Positions 37,392-47,900 of a stretch of 64,000 nucleotides of DNA are shown piece after piece. The stretch is from Candidatus Campbellbacteria bacterium GW2011_OD1_34_28 (GTDB lineage: Bacteria > Patescibacteriota > Minisyncoccia > Phycocordibacterales > UBA12079). Both the position numbers and the translations under genes were made by a program. Numbering within the stretch: position 1 is the stretch's first letter; every line of letters starts with the position of its first letter. The notes beneath the pieces were generated by a model that ran no database searches, had not been told where the DNA came from, and worked only from the letters and a program-made list of their open reading frames with translations. The DNA lies in the NCBI GenBank assembly GCA_001029775.1, contig CP011215.1, positions 426,303-490,302 on the forward strand. The letters run 5' to 3'.

Positions 37392-37982
37392 ATGACAGAA
37401 AACAATAAAGAAAATCAAAACAATAATGAAGAGAAAGATGAAATTATTGAAGACGATATCTCTATTGAAATGGACGAAGAAAATAATAAAATAAATTCTT
37501 TGTCTGACGAAGGCTTGAAAAAAATCAGGGAAAAACTGAAAAAATGCACGGAAGAAAAACAGGAATATTTGGAGGGGTGGCAAAGAGCAAAAGCTGATTT
37601 GATAAATGCAAAAAGAGATTTTGAGGACCAAAGAAAAGATTTTGTTAAATTTGCCAAAGGCGATTTGATTCTTCAAATAATTCCGGTTCTTGATTCCTTT
37701 GATATGGCTTTTTCAAACACAAACGGAGTTCCCGAATCGTGGCTTAAGGGTATTGAATATATTTACAATCAATTTGTCGCGGTTTTGAGAGACAATGGGG
37801 TAGAACAGATTGTTCCAAAAAAGGGAGATGATTTTGATATAAATTTACATACATCAGTTGAGGGGATTTTGGTTGAAAATGAAAACGAGAGTGGTAAAAT
37901 AATTTCGGTTATGCAAAAAGGTTATCTCTTAAATGGCAAAGTTATAAGAGAAGCGAAAGTCCGTGTTGGTGAATATAAATAA
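37392..37982 (+). CDS. grpE: Nucleotide exchange factor GrpE
   Basis: Acidic N-terminus, coiled-coil and C-terminal GrpE core (ADLINAKRDFEDQRKDF...FDMAFSN). Confidence 0.88.
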   Translation: MTENNKENQNNNEEKDEIIEDDISIEMDEENNKINSLSDEGLKKIREKLKKCTEEKQEYLEGWQRAKADLINAKRDFEDQRKDFVKFAKGDLILQIIPVLDSFDMAFSNTNGVPESWLKGIEYIYNQFVAVLRDNGVEQIVPKKGDDFDINLHTSVEGILVENENESGKIISVMQKGYLLNGKVIREAKVRVGEYK

Positions 37983-38106
37983 ATTTATATTCACCAAATT
38001 ATAAAATATAAAATTTATAATTTAATTTTTGACAATTAGTTTATAGATTTTAGATTTTGAGGTAACTCGAAAATTAAAACTTATAAGTTAATTTAGATAA
38101 AAAATT

Positions 38107-40014
38107 ATGTCAAAGATATTAGGTATAGATTTAGGTACAACCAATTCAGCAATGGCTGTTATTGAAGGAGGCGAATCAAAGATAATTGAAAATGCCGAAG
38201 GAAACAGAACTACGCCTTCTATCGTTGCCATTTCAAAGACAGGAGAGAGGTTGGCAGGGTTGTTGGCAAAGAGACAGGCGGTAACCAATCCTACAAATAC
38301 TATTTTTGGTATAAAAAGATTTATTGGGCACAATTTTGATGATCCTGCTGTTCAAAAAGACAGAGAGACAGTGCCTTATGAAATAAGAAAGGCAGACAAC
38401 GGCGGAGTAGAAGTAAAGATGGGAGACAAATGGTATAAACCAGAAGAGATCTCTGCAATGTTTTTGCAAAAAATGAAAGCAGATGCCGAGGCAAAATTGG
38501 GAGAAAAAATTACAGAAGCGATTATTACCGTACCTGCTTATTTCAACGACGCACAAAGAAAGGCAACCAAAGACGCTGGAAAGATTGCAGGATTGGATGT
38601 AAAAAGAATTATCAACGAACCAACAGCTGCTGCTTTGGCTTATGGGTTTAATAAAAAGAAAGACCAGCAAATTGTTGTTTTTGACTTTGGTGGTGGTACT
38701 TTTGATGTTTCTGTTTTGGAAGTAGGAGATGATGTCGTAGAAGTAAAATCAACAGACGGAGATTCTCATATGGGAGGAAAGGATATTGACCAAAAGATTA
38801 TCAAATGGATTTTGGAGGAATTTAAAAAAGAAACAGGCATCAATATTTCTACTGATCCTTTGGCTTTACAAAGATTGGATGAATCTGCAGAAAAAGCAAA
38901 GATAGAACTTTCTTCTGCTCAAGAAACAGAAATAAATATTCCTTTTATTACATCTGACGCTAATGGTCCAAAACATTTGTTGTTAAAATTTACTCGTGCA
39001 AAATTGAACGAATTGTCGGATGAATACATCAAGAGATCTATTGAAATAACAAAAAGAGCGATGGAAGCTTCACCTTTTAAAATAGAAGATATTGACGAAA
39101 TTGTTATGGTGGGAGGACAAACAAGAATGCCCGCTATCAAAGATGCAGTAAAAGCATATTTTGGAAAAGAACCAAATCAATCCATTAACCCAGACGAAGT
39201 AGTTGCCGATGGTGCAGCTATTCAGGCTGGTATCTTGCAGGGAGATGTAAAGGATGTACTTTTGTTGGATGTTATTCCTCTTTCTCTGGGGATTGAAACA
39301 ATGGGAGGTGTTGCAACAAAGTTGATCCAAAGAAATACAACTATCCCGACATCAAAATCTCAAGTATTTTCTACCGCAGTAGACAATCAGACATCAACAG
39401 AAATTCACATCGTTCAAGGAGAAAGACCGATGGCAGGTGATAACAAAAGTTTGGGTAGATTTATTTTAGACGGTATTCCACCCGCACCAAGAGGTATTCC
39501 TCAGGTAGAGGTGACTTTTGATATCGATGCCAACGGTATTTTAAATGTAAAAGCAAAAGATAAATCATCTGGAAAAGAGCAGTCTATCAGAATAGAAGCA
39601 ACATCTAGTTTATCAGATGCAGATATTGAAAAAATGCAAAAAGATGCCGAGATGAACGCTGATGAAGATAAAAAGAAAAAAGATTTGGTTGATGCAAAAA
39701 ATTTGGCAGAGCAAATGATTTACACAGCGGAAAAAGCATTGAAAGATGCGGAAGGAAAAATAGGAGAGGACATCAAGACAGGTGTAAATGCAAAAATTGA
39801 AGAATTGAAAAAACAAAAAGACACTAGCGATTTTGATTTAATCAAAAAAGCGACTGACGAACTTTCAACAGAAATGCAAAAAATAGGGACAGCAATGGCT
39901 TCGTCTGCCGGATCAGCAAACACTGGAAATCAGACCGATAATCAAGGAGAAGGAAATGTCCGTGATGCAGAATTTGAAGAAGGAAAGAAAGATGACGAAA
40001 ATAAGACTCAGTAA
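38107..40014 (+). CDS. dnaK: Molecular chaperone DnaK (Hsp70)
   Basis: [40 protein letters not shown] motifs. Confidence 0.97.
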   Translation: MSKILGIDLGTTNSAMAVIEGGESKIIENAEGNRTTPSIVAISKTGERLAGLLAKRQAVTNPTNTIFGIKRFIGHNFDDPAVQKDRETVPYEIRKADNGGVEVKMGDKWYKPEEISAMFLQKMKADAEAKLGEKITEAIITVPAYFNDAQRKATKDAGKIAGLDVKRIINEPTAAALAYGFNKKKDQQIVVFDFGGGTFDVSVLEVGDDVVEVKSTDGDSHMGGKDIDQKIIKWILEEFKKETGINISTDPLALQRLDESAEKAKIELSSAQETEINIPFITSDANGPKHLLLKFTRAKLNELSDEYIKRSIEITKRAMEASPFKIEDIDEIVMVGGQTRMPAIKDAVKAYFGKEPNQSINPDEVVADGAAIQAGILQGDVKDVLLLDVIPLSLGIETMGGVATKLIQRNTTIPTSKSQVFSTAVDNQTSTEIHIVQGERPMAGDNKSLGRFILDGIPPAPRGIPQVEVTFDIDANGILNVKAKDKSSGKEQSIRIEATSSLSDADIEKMQKDAEMNADEDKKKKDLVDAKNLAEQMIYTAEKALKDAEGKIGEDIKTGVNAKIEELKKQKDTSDFDLIKKATDELSTEMQKIGTAMASSAGSANTGNQTDNQGEGNVRDAEFEEGKKDDENKTQ

Positions 40015-40082
40015 TATGTTTTTAAAATACACAAATTTTAACCTTTGTTTTTTGATGTTTTAATAGTAATATTATATCCAAT

Positions 40083-41153
40083 ATGCAAGAAGATTATTAC
40101 AAAATACTGGGAGTAGAAAAAAATTCATCAAAAACTGAAATCAAAAAAGCTTTTCACAAATTGGCTCACAAATATCACCCTGATAAAAAAGGGGGTGACG
40201 AGGCAATGTTTAAGAGAATAAGCGAAGCCTACAGTGTTTTGTCGGATGATAATAAACGATCAGAATACGATGCTTATGGTAGGGTTTTTAGTGGTGGCGG
40301 AAATGGTTCAGGAGCGCAAGGATTTAATGGATTTGAAGGTTTTGATTTTTCTCAATTTCAGCAAGGCGGTATGGAATTTGATCTGGGCGATATTTTTGGT
40401 GATTTTTTTGGTGGGGCAAGAAAGAGATCCAGAAGAGGAAATGATATTTCTATTGATTTAGAATTGGATTTTAAAGATGCTATTTTTGGAACGCAAAGAA
40501 AAGTTTATGTAACAAAAAATTCTATTTGTGATGTCTGTGATGGGTCGGGTGCAAGAGAAAAAAGTGAAAACATGACATGCCCTGTATGTAATGGAAATGG
40601 ACAAATTCATGAAACAAAGAGATCAATGCTCGGAACATTCTCTAGTGTAAAAAGTTGTGAGAATTGTAGTGGAACAGGAAAAGTTCCAAAAGAAAAATGT
40701 CACAGCTGTCATGGAGCAAAAGTAAAAAGAGGACAATCCGAGATAAAGATAAATATTCCGTCTGGAATTGATAATGGTGAAATGATCAGACTGAGTGGCG
40801 CAGGAGAGGCAATTGCAGGAGGACAGCCAGGGGATCTATACATAAAAATTCATGTCGCAAAACACAAGTTTTTGAGAAAAGAGGGAAGTAATTTGGCAAT
40901 GAATTTGAATATAAAACTTTCTGACGCTTTGATGGGAGGAGAATATAATATCGAGGTATTGGATGATAAAATAAAATTGAAAATTCCAGCGGGAATCAAT
41001 TTTGGTGAGGTGCTTCGAATTAAAGAAAAAGGTGTGCCAATGGGCGGAACACGAAGAGGGGATTTGCTTGTGAAAATAAATATTCAAATTCCTACAAAAT
41101 TGAATAAAAGGATGAAAAAATTAATAGAAGAATTAAAGGCGGAAGGCATTTAA
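40083..41153 (+). CDS. dnaJ: Molecular chaperone DnaJ (J domain HPD, G/F region, four CxxCxGxG zinc motifs)
   Basis: YYKILGVEKNSSKTEIKKAFHKLAHKYHPDKK; CDVCDGSG, CPVCNGNG, CENCSGTG, CHSCHGAK. Confidence 0.95.
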   Translation: MQEDYYKILGVEKNSSKTEIKKAFHKLAHKYHPDKKGGDEAMFKRISEAYSVLSDDNKRSEYDAYGRVFSGGGNGSGAQGFNGFEGFDFSQFQQGGMEFDLGDIFGDFFGGARKRSRRGNDISIDLELDFKDAIFGTQRKVYVTKNSICDVCDGSGAREKSENMTCPVCNGNGQIHETKRSMLGTFSSVKSCENCSGTGKVPKEKCHSCHGAKVKRGQSEIKINIPSGIDNGEMIRLSGAGEAIAGGQPGDLYIKIHVAKHKFLRKEGSNLAMNLNIKLSDALMGGEYNIEVLDDKIKLKIPAGINFGEVLRIKEKGVPMGGTRRGDLLVKINIQIPTKLNKRMKKLIEELKAEGI

Positions 41154-41160
41154 TACTGAT

Positions 41161-41865
41161 ATGAATTATTCCAGCAAAATGAAAATATTTCATTATGTTT
41201 CTCCTTGGGTGTTACAAACTCTTATTTGGGTTCCAACACGAATTTTGCTGAGAGTATTTTTTGTTTACAAAGTGAAAGGTTTAAAAAACTTGGCTGTTTT
41301 AAAAAACGACGGAACTGGTGTCATTTTTGCTGTTAATCATTCAAGCGAACTTGATCCTATTTTGATTCCCGCGTCTCTTCCTTTTTTGTCTCGTTTTATG
41401 CCAATGTTTTATGTAGCAAGAGAAAAATCTTTTTATAAAAATAGTGGTTGGAGACAAAATTTTTATGGCGGATTATTTTTTCGTATGTGGGGTGCGCACA
41501 CTGCTTATGCAGGTATGAATGATTATGATATTGCCTTGAGGTACCATATCAAAATTTTGAACGCTGGCAGAAGTTTGTGCATTTTCCCAGAAGGGAAGAA
41601 GACCACAGACGGAAATGTAGGAGACGGAAAACCAGGGATAGGGTTTTTGATTCACAGAACAAATGCATCTATTGTTCCTGTTAGGGTTGTTGGGTTATAC
41701 AAAGATCATAAACGAAAAGATTTTCTCGGTCGCACAAGATTAAAAGTTGTCTTCGGAAAACCAATGTTGGCAAAAGATTTTTATAATGGTAAAAAGGATA
41801 TAGGAATAGAAGATTATAGGGAAGCTACGAAGATTATAATGGATGAAATAAGAAGCCTTGATTAA
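41161..41865 (+). CDS. Lysophospholipid (1-acyl-sn-glycerol-3-phosphate) acyltransferase family protein
   Basis: HxxxxD motif NHSSELD and PEGKKT block. Confidence 0.65.
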   Translation: MNYSSKMKIFHYVSPWVLQTLIWVPTRILLRVFFVYKVKGLKNLAVLKNDGTGVIFAVNHSSELDPILIPASLPFLSRFMPMFYVAREKSFYKNSGWRQNFYGGLFFRMWGAHTAYAGMNDYDIALRYHIKILNAGRSLCIFPEGKKTTDGNVGDGKPGIGFLIHRTNASIVPVRVVGLYKDHKRKDFLGRTRLKVVFGKPMLAKDFYNGKKDIGIEDYREATKIIMDEIRSLD

Positions 41866-41949
41866 ATCAAATAGAGGGCTTTAAAAGTCAATTTTGGGCT
41901 TAATTTAATGGTTTTAAAAGGTATATTAATAGGTTTATTGTAAGAAAAT

Positions 41950-42927
41950 ATGAGTAAAATAATGTTATCAGGCGTAAAGCCGACCGGTCGCCCACATATC
42001 GGAAATTATTTTGGAGCGATGAAACAATTCGTTGATTTGCAGAGTGATTTTGACGAGGTGTTTGTTTTTATTGCCGATTATCATGCAATGACATCGGATA
42101 CCAAAAAACTTTTGATTGGACAAAACAGTATTGAATTGGCTTTGGATTATCTCGCTATTGGTTTAGATCCTGAAAAAGTAATTTTGTTTAGACAATCAAG
42201 CGTCCCACAAGTGACAGAATTGAGCTGGATTTTTTCTTGCCTCGTAACCATGCCTTATTTGATGAGAGCACATGCTTTTAAAGATGCCGAGGCAAAAAAG
42301 AAAGAAGTGAATGTTGGAACATTTAATTATCCTGTTTTGATGTCGGCGGATATTTTAATTCAAGACGCAGATATTGTGCCTGTTGGAAATGATCAAAAGC
42401 AACATTTGGAAATTGCGAGAGAGATTGCCAGAAAATTTAATACTCAGTACGGAATGATTTTTAAAGAACCACAAGAAAAAATTTTAGAGGAAACAGAAAC
42501 GGTGATCGGAATAGATGGACAGAAAATGTCAAAATCTTATGGAAACACGATCCCTCTTTTTGCGACCGATGAAGAAACAGAAAAAATAATTATGTCTGTA
42601 CCAATGGATTCAAAAGGAATTGATGAAAAGAAAAATCCAGATGATTATAATTTGTATAAAATAGCAAAACTTTTCACAAATGAAAATCAAGACAAAGAAA
42701 TCAGAAGTATGTTTGAGAATGGGGGAGTCGGATATGCAGAAATCAAAAAATATGTTGCGAATGTAATAAATAATTATTTGAAAGAGATGAGGGAAAGACG
42801 AAAAGAATTGGAAAATAACAGAGACTATGTTTTGGAGATTTTGGAAAAGGGGGGAAAGATTGCTCGCGAAAGAGCAGAAAAAAAGATGGAGGAGGTGAGA
42901 GTTAAATGCGGACTAAACGCAGAATAA
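41950..42927 (+). CDS. trpS: Tryptophanyl-tRNA synthetase
   Basis: Class I HIGH-like PTGRPHIGNYFG and KMSKS (QKMSKSYGN) motifs, TrpRS length. Confidence 0.92.
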   Translation: MSKIMLSGVKPTGRPHIGNYFGAMKQFVDLQSDFDEVFVFIADYHAMTSDTKKLLIGQNSIELALDYLAIGLDPEKVILFRQSSVPQVTELSWIFSCLVTMPYLMRAHAFKDAEAKKKEVNVGTFNYPVLMSADILIQDADIVPVGNDQKQHLEIAREIARKFNTQYGMIFKEPQEKILEETETVIGIDGQKMSKSYGNTIPLFATDEETEKIIMSVPMDSKGIDEKKNPDDYNLYKIAKLFTNENQDKEIRSMFENGGVGYAEIKKYVANVINNYLKEMRERRKELENNRDYVLEILEKGGKIARERAEKKMEEVRVKCGLNAE

Positions 42928-42948
42928 ACGCGGAAATTAACAAAATCA

Positions 42949-43614
42949 ATGATTTTTGAATTAAAACAAAAGAAGGATAAATTTCTTGATAAAGCATACA
43001 AAGATTCAATGAAAGAATTGAATGATTTTTATGGTATTAATTGGACTCGTAATACTCCCAAGATTTTTGTCGTTAATAGTAGAGAAGATAAAGCTTTTCT
43101 TAAAGGAGATATGGGAAATGGAAGTGCTGGCTGGATTGTTGGTTGGACACCAACTACTGATACTGTTTTTGTGATGAATCGTTTGAAAATCAAAACTGAA
43201 ACTTCTCACAAGAAAGGATACACAAAAGAACAATATAAGTATTTAATAAAACACGAGTTAAGCCATTTGTTTTTTAAAATTCTAATAAAGGGAGGTTTTC
43301 GTCCTGTATGGTTGTGGGAAGGGGTTGCTATTTATACTTCTGAACAAGATAAGTTTAAAAAAAGACTAGAAGAATTTAAACAATTTTTGAGTTTTTATGA
43401 TTCACATATGAGTGAAGATGGAAAAACTAGTGTTTACTATGAATCAGGATTTTTTGTAGAAATGTTGGTAGAAAAGTTCGGGAAAGAAAAATTTTTGAAT
43501 TTTTTAAAATCTCTGCAAAAAGTAAAAAACAGAAAAGAATTTGATAAATTATTTTTCAAAACCTATAAATTTAAATTAAATTATAAAGAAATAAACAAAT
43601 TCTATAAAAATTAA
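42949..43614 (+). CDS. Hypothetical protein with HExxH (IKHELSHLFF...E) zincin-like motif, possible metallopeptidase
   Basis: Motif read from translation only. Confidence 0.4.
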   Translation: MIFELKQKKDKFLDKAYKDSMKELNDFYGINWTRNTPKIFVVNSREDKAFLKGDMGNGSAGWIVGWTPTTDTVFVMNRLKIKTETSHKKGYTKEQYKYLIKHELSHLFFKILIKGGFRPVWLWEGVAIYTSEQDKFKKRLEEFKQFLSFYDSHMSEDGKTSVYYESGFFVEMLVEKFGKEKFLNFLKSLQKVKNRKEFDKLFFKTYKFKLNYKEINKFYKN

Positions 43615-43657
43615 TTAAAAGGTTTGAATAAGGCTCTTGCTCGTGTTGATTTTTAAA

Positions 43658-43715
43658 TAAAAACTATTCTAGTATTCTCAAGAATACCAGAATAGTTTTT
43701 ATTTTGTTTACATTT
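43658..43715 (+). terminator. Long hairpin terminator (CTATTCTAGTATTC..GAATACCAGAATAG + T5ATTTT)
   Basis: 14-bp stem after gene 42949..43614. Confidence 0.65.
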
Positions 43716-43790
43716 GCTTGCACCCTCGTTGTTTTTTTTGCTAAATTCTATTTGGAAATAACAATTAAAATTCATTTCGGAGGAGTTTTA

Positions 43791-44096
43791 ATGAAGAAAG
43801 ATCTTAAAAGGATTGCGGGAGCGTTTTTTCAAGGTGTTTTCTGGTGGTTTTTGTTTTTGAAAAAATTTCGATCAATAGATTATAGAGATGAACATTACAG
43901 AGATTATGTTCGCGCGTCTTTATTAAAAGGAATCTTGTTTCCTTTAATTATGGCGATTGTAATGAATTTTGCATACCAATTAAATATTTGGAATTGCGTT
44001 TTAACTCTTCTGTATTTTCATTTGGTTATTGGTCTTGCTGAAATAATTCATCTTCGACTCGAATGGAACGGTTTCCGTGAATTGCCTATTGGATAA
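43791..44096 (+). CDS. Small membrane protein (101 aa, 3 TM) with SD GGAGGAG
   Basis: ATG at 43791 preceded by TTCGGAGGAGTTTTA; hydrophobic helices; terminator AAAAAACGACC TTTG GGTCGTTTTTTT at ~44100..44128. Confidence 0.55.
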   Translation: MKKDLKRIAGAFFQGVFWWFLFLKKFRSIDYRDEHYRDYVRASLLKGILFPLIMAIVMNFAYQLNIWNCVLTLLYFHLVIGLAEIIHLRLEWNGFRELPIG

Positions 44097-44251
44097 TACA
44101 AAAAACGACCTTTGGGTCGTTTTTTTAAAAAGTTGTTTGTTTGGGTAACCAACTTTTATTAGATTAGACTTTTTGATTGTTTTTTGCTTTAATGGTTTTT
44201 AGAAATAGCTTTAATTTAGTTTTTTTAGACTATTGAAAACAAGGAGGTTCG

Positions 44252-44412
44252 GTGAAAACAATCAAAGGTGGTATCGCTGATTTGAAAGGAATTAAATATA
44301 TTTTAAATCCAGAAACATCTTTTGTTTCATTTTCGGCAGACAACAAAGACCTTGTATCAATTTCTAATAAAAAAATTTTACGAAGGAGAAAATTGGGAAG
44401 GAGAGTACGATG
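44252..44412 (+). CDS. Small basic peptide (52 aa, GTG start, C-terminal RRRKLGRRVR) with SD AAGGAGG, stop overlapping next gene start (ATGA)
   Basis: SD at 44241..44247; translational coupling geometry with 44410..44727. Confidence 0.4.
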
Positions 44413-44727
44413 AAAGAAAAAATTACTTTAAAAAGAATTGTGGCATCTTTTGTTGCAGGATTGTTGTGGGGAGTCTTTCTTTTTCAGGATATCTCCAAAG
44501 GAGATTCTGGTTATGAGTATGAAGGGACAGGAATTCTTTTTGTTTCAATTGGTTTTTGCTGTTTGTTTTTTGTACCGATAATTATTTCATCTTCTTTTCA
44601 GATTGAAATTTACAAATTGATTTTGGCAGGCGTTGCTGCGTATCTCATTATTGGACTTGTCGCTATTTCAGAAATGCGACACCGATGGGGAGGTAGTGAC
44701 AGAATAACTTTTATGCCTAATGTGTAA
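44410..44727 (+). CDS. Small membrane protein (105 aa, 3 TM) with SD GGAAGGAG
   Basis: ATG at 44410; hydrophobic helices; terminator follows. Confidence 0.6.
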   Translation: MKEKITLKRIVASFVAGLLWGVFLFQDISKGDSGYEYEGTGILFVSIGFCCLFFVPIIISSSFQIEIYKLILAGVAAYLIIGLVAISEMRHRWGGSDRITFMPNV

Positions 44728-44737
44728 ATCAAAAGCC

Positions 44738-44775
44738 CAGTTTGGATGTCCGACATCCAAACTGGGCTTTTTGCT
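44738..44775. terminator. Bidirectional terminator GCCCAGTTTGGATGTC CGA CATCCAAACTGGGC flanked by A4/T5
   Basis: 16-bp perfect stem between converging genes. Confidence 0.8.
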
Positions 44776-44777
44776 TT

Positions 44778-45941
44778 TTATTTTGTGTCTTCCAGTGTCA
44801 TTTCACGGGCGATTCCTCCTATTGTTACAAATACTCCCAAAATCACGAATAAATAATTGATTTCAATAAACATCAAAAGAATACTAGCAGTTAATGGTCC
44901 AAGAATATATGCAGAAGGTCCGGTCATTCTAAATACATTTAAAATATTTGTGTCATTCCCATCTATTTTTTTAAAGAAATAACTCTCTGATGCAATCTCA
45001 ATCATACTTGCTCCTACTCGGGTCATAAACAATAAAAGTCCCCAAAGAATTATACTGTTTGATGTTATGAAAGTAAGCATTGCGGTAGTTATTCCAGTAA
45101 TTAAAAAACCAAAATTTAATATTTCTTTTTCTCCAATTTTTTCATCCGCCAATTTTCCGAGTGGAATTTCTAGTATAACAAATGGTAGTAGCATCATAGT
45201 AAATACTATTCCTATGGTGCTCCAATCAAAACCAATATATTCGTGAAGATATATCGGCATATAAATGATCATCCAAGAATAGAAAAATCTCAACAAAAAA
45301 TGTGCCCAAAATATTTTGGAAACATTTGGCTTGTTAAAAATTATTTTTAAAGTATCCCAGATATTTGTTTTTACATATTTAGGGTCTTCAAAATTTTTTA
45401 AATTTCTGATAATGAGATAAAGAATGGGGATAGTCAGTATTCCTGAAAATAAATATATTTTCCAATATTCATTGTTGATCAAGATAAACCCAGAAATCAT
45501 CGGCGAGATAAGCCAAGCCAAATTGTTGAATGACAGGTATGTCCCACGGGTTTTTCCAGTACTTGAGTCCTCTGAGAAAGCTTCAAGAAAGACATCAATA
45601 TTGAAGGCAATCAAAGCAACAATAACAAGATGCACTGTTAATGCAGTGATTACAACAAAAAAATTATCCCAAACTACAAGAGATATAAGAGAAATTATAT
45701 TAATGAGAAGAGCGTAGATCATGGTTTTATAATTTCCAATCTTTTGTAGAATTTTTCCTGCCGACATCATCAGCAATAAAGTAAATATTGATGAAAGTAT
45801 ATAGAAAACACCAACAAAACCCTCTGAAACATAATTGTTTAAGAAGGTTGAGTTTACATAAGTGGGAATTGCCAAGCTAAAAGAAAAAATAAATCCAAGT
45901 AAAAATATAGAAGTTATTTTTTGTTTTTTAGGTATCATCAT
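44778..45941 (-). CDS. MFS-family transporter (12 TM)
   Basis: Hydrophobicity pattern and MFS-like loop motifs (GKLADEKIGEKE). Confidence 0.75.
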   Translation of the reverse strand: MMIPKKQKITSIFLLGFIFSFSLAIPTYVNSTFLNNYVSEGFVGVFYILSSIFTLLLMMSAGKILQKIGNYKTMIYALLINIISLISLVVWDNFFVVITALTVHLVIVALIAFNIDVFLEAFSEDSSTGKTRGTYLSFNNLAWLISPMISGFILINNEYWKIYLFSGILTIPILYLIIRNLKNFEDPKYVKTNIWDTLKIIFNKPNVSKIFWAHFLLRFFYSWMIIYMPIYLHEYIGFDWSTIGIVFTMMLLPFVILEIPLGKLADEKIGEKEILNFGFLITGITTAMLTFITSNSIILWGLLLFMTRVGASMIEIASESYFFKKIDGNDTNILNVFRMTGPSAYILGPLTASILLMFIEINYLFVILGVFVTIGGIAREMTLEDTK

Positions 45942-45964
45942 AAAAAATATTATATATTATTTAT

Positions 45965-47821
45965 TTACACTCCCAAAACTACAGGAATAATAATTGGTCT
46001 TTTGTTTGTTTTCTTTAACAAGAATCTTCCGATTCCATCGCTTAATTCTTTTTTAATCAATTCAAAATTGATTGGTTTCATTCCGACAGCATTGTCTTCT
46101 GCTGTTTTCTTTACGATTTTTCTGGCTTGTGAAAGAAGATCTTGTGATTCTCTTAAATACACAAATCCTCTAGAAATTATATCTGGTGACTTTCGAAGTT
46201 TCCCTGTGCCTAAATCAATCGTAGCAATTACCACAAAGATTCCGTCTTGCGCCAAAGTTTGTCTGTCTCTGATAACCACTTCCTGAATATCTCCAACGGA
46301 AAAACCATCTACCATAACAATGTTTGAAGGGGCTTTTTGTTTTAGAACTTCTATTTTTGTTCCTTTGTCTCGTATCTCAATAACAGAACCATTATCAGGC
46401 ACAACAATATTTTCGTCCTTCATTCCGATTGATCTTGCCAATTCAGCATGAACTTTTAACATCGAGTGATGTCCATATCCAGGTACAAAAAATCTTGCGT
46501 TAACCATTGTATTTATCCAAGCCAATTCTCCTGCATTTCCGTGACCTGTCGCGTGAACGTCGGATACTTGATAACTGATGATTTTTACATCGTGTCTATA
46601 AAGATTATCTTTCAATTTTCGTACACTTAATTCATTTCCCGGAACAACAGATGAAGAAAGAATAATTGTATCTCTTTTATTTAGTTGGATAAATTTATTT
46701 TTCTTTTGTGCCATTCTCATAAGAGCGGCAAATTCTTCGCCTTGTGCTCCTGTCGCCAAAACCAATATTCTGTCAGGAGGGTAATTGCCAATATCTTTTG
46801 GTTGAACAAGAGTATCTTGTTTTGGATTAAGTAGACCTGCTAATTTTGCAATCTCAATGTTTGTTTTGATGCTTCTTCCCTCCGTAATAACTTTTTTATT
46901 GTATTTTTCTGCAATTTGAATAATTTGAATCATTCTTTCAAACTGAGAGGCAAAAGTACCAATAATAATTCTTCCGTTAACATTTTTTATAATGTTTTCC
47001 AAATTGTCCATTATTTGTTTTTCTGGAATAGAGAATCCTGGTTTTTCAACATTGGTTGAATCAGCGATAAGAAGAATATTGTTGTCCTTTCCAATCTCTC
47101 CCCAATTTCTTTCTTCTTTTTCAGAAGGAATTCCGTTCTCGTGCTCAAGTTTTAAGTCTCCTGTGATCACCACATTTCCAAAAGGTGTCTCAACAGACAC
47201 TCCCATCGAGTCGGGAATAGAGTGAGTCACTTCAATAAATTTAACATGAAGATTGCCGAATTTTAATTTTTCTTTTGGATTAACAATTCTTAAATCTGGT
47301 TTTGGTAAATTGGGAAATTCTTCCGCTCTTTTTTGTACCATTATTGCTGTAAGATTTCTGGCGTAGATTGGAGGGTTTCCAATTTTGTCTATGATATAAG
47401 GGATGGCAGCAATGTGATCCAAGTGTCCGTGTGTCAAAATCAAAGCTCGGATCTTGTGTTTGTTTGCCTCCAAATATTTTGTGTTTGGAATGATATAATC
47501 AATTCCGGGATTTTCTTCGGACACAAATTGAAAACCACAATCAAAAATCAAAATATCATCCTCGTATTCAACGATGATCATATTTTGTCCTACTTCTTCG
47601 GCTCCTCCCAAAGGTATTACTCTAATAGTCTCTTTTCCAATAGGAGGAACTTTTACCTCTGATGTTTTAGGAGAATGGTTTTCAGAATTTCTTTGAGAAT
47701 TTCTTCCAAAGTTTTTTCTGTTGCCTGTACCGGTATTGGCGGTTTTTTTTCTTTCAGTATTTCCATCTGTTGGATTTTTTTTGACAGGACTTGTTCTTAC
47801 TGTTTTGTTTTCTTTAATCAT
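45965..47821 (-). CDS. rnj: Ribonuclease J (metallo-beta-lactamase/beta-CASP) with ~60 aa basic low-complexity N-terminal extension
   Basis: LTHGHLDHIAAIPY motif, beta-CASP and C-terminal domain. Confidence 0.88.
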   Translation of the reverse strand: MIKENKTVRTSPVKKNPTDGNTERKKTANTGTGNRKNFGRNSQRNSENHSPKTSEVKVPPIGKETIRVIPLGGAEEVGQNMIIVEYEDDILIFDCGFQFVSEENPGIDYIIPNTKYLEANKHKIRALILTHGHLDHIAAIPYIIDKIGNPPIYARNLTAIMVQKRAEEFPNLPKPDLRIVNPKEKLKFGNLHVKFIEVTHSIPDSMGVSVETPFGNVVITGDLKLEHENGIPSEKEERNWGEIGKDNNILLIADSTNVEKPGFSIPEKQIMDNLENIIKNVNGRIIIGTFASQFERMIQIIQIAEKYNKKVITEGRSIKTNIEIAKLAGLLNPKQDTLVQPKDIGNYPPDRILVLATGAQGEEFAALMRMAQKKNKFIQLNKRDTIILSSSVVPGNELSVRKLKDNLYRHDVKIISYQVSDVHATGHGNAGELAWINTMVNARFFVPGYGHHSMLKVHAELARSIGMKDENIVVPDNGSVIEIRDKGTKIEVLKQKAPSNIVMVDGFSVGDIQEVVIRDRQTLAQDGIFVVIATIDLGTGKLRKSPDIISRGFVYLRESQDLLSQARKIVKKTAEDNAVGMKPINFELIKKELSDGIGRFLLKKTNKRPIIIPVVLGV

Positions 47822-47900
47822 AAATTAATAACAATCAATTGACCCTTGATTACGGGTTTTAAAATTTTTAATAATAATTTTTTATAAAATGTTTAGATTT

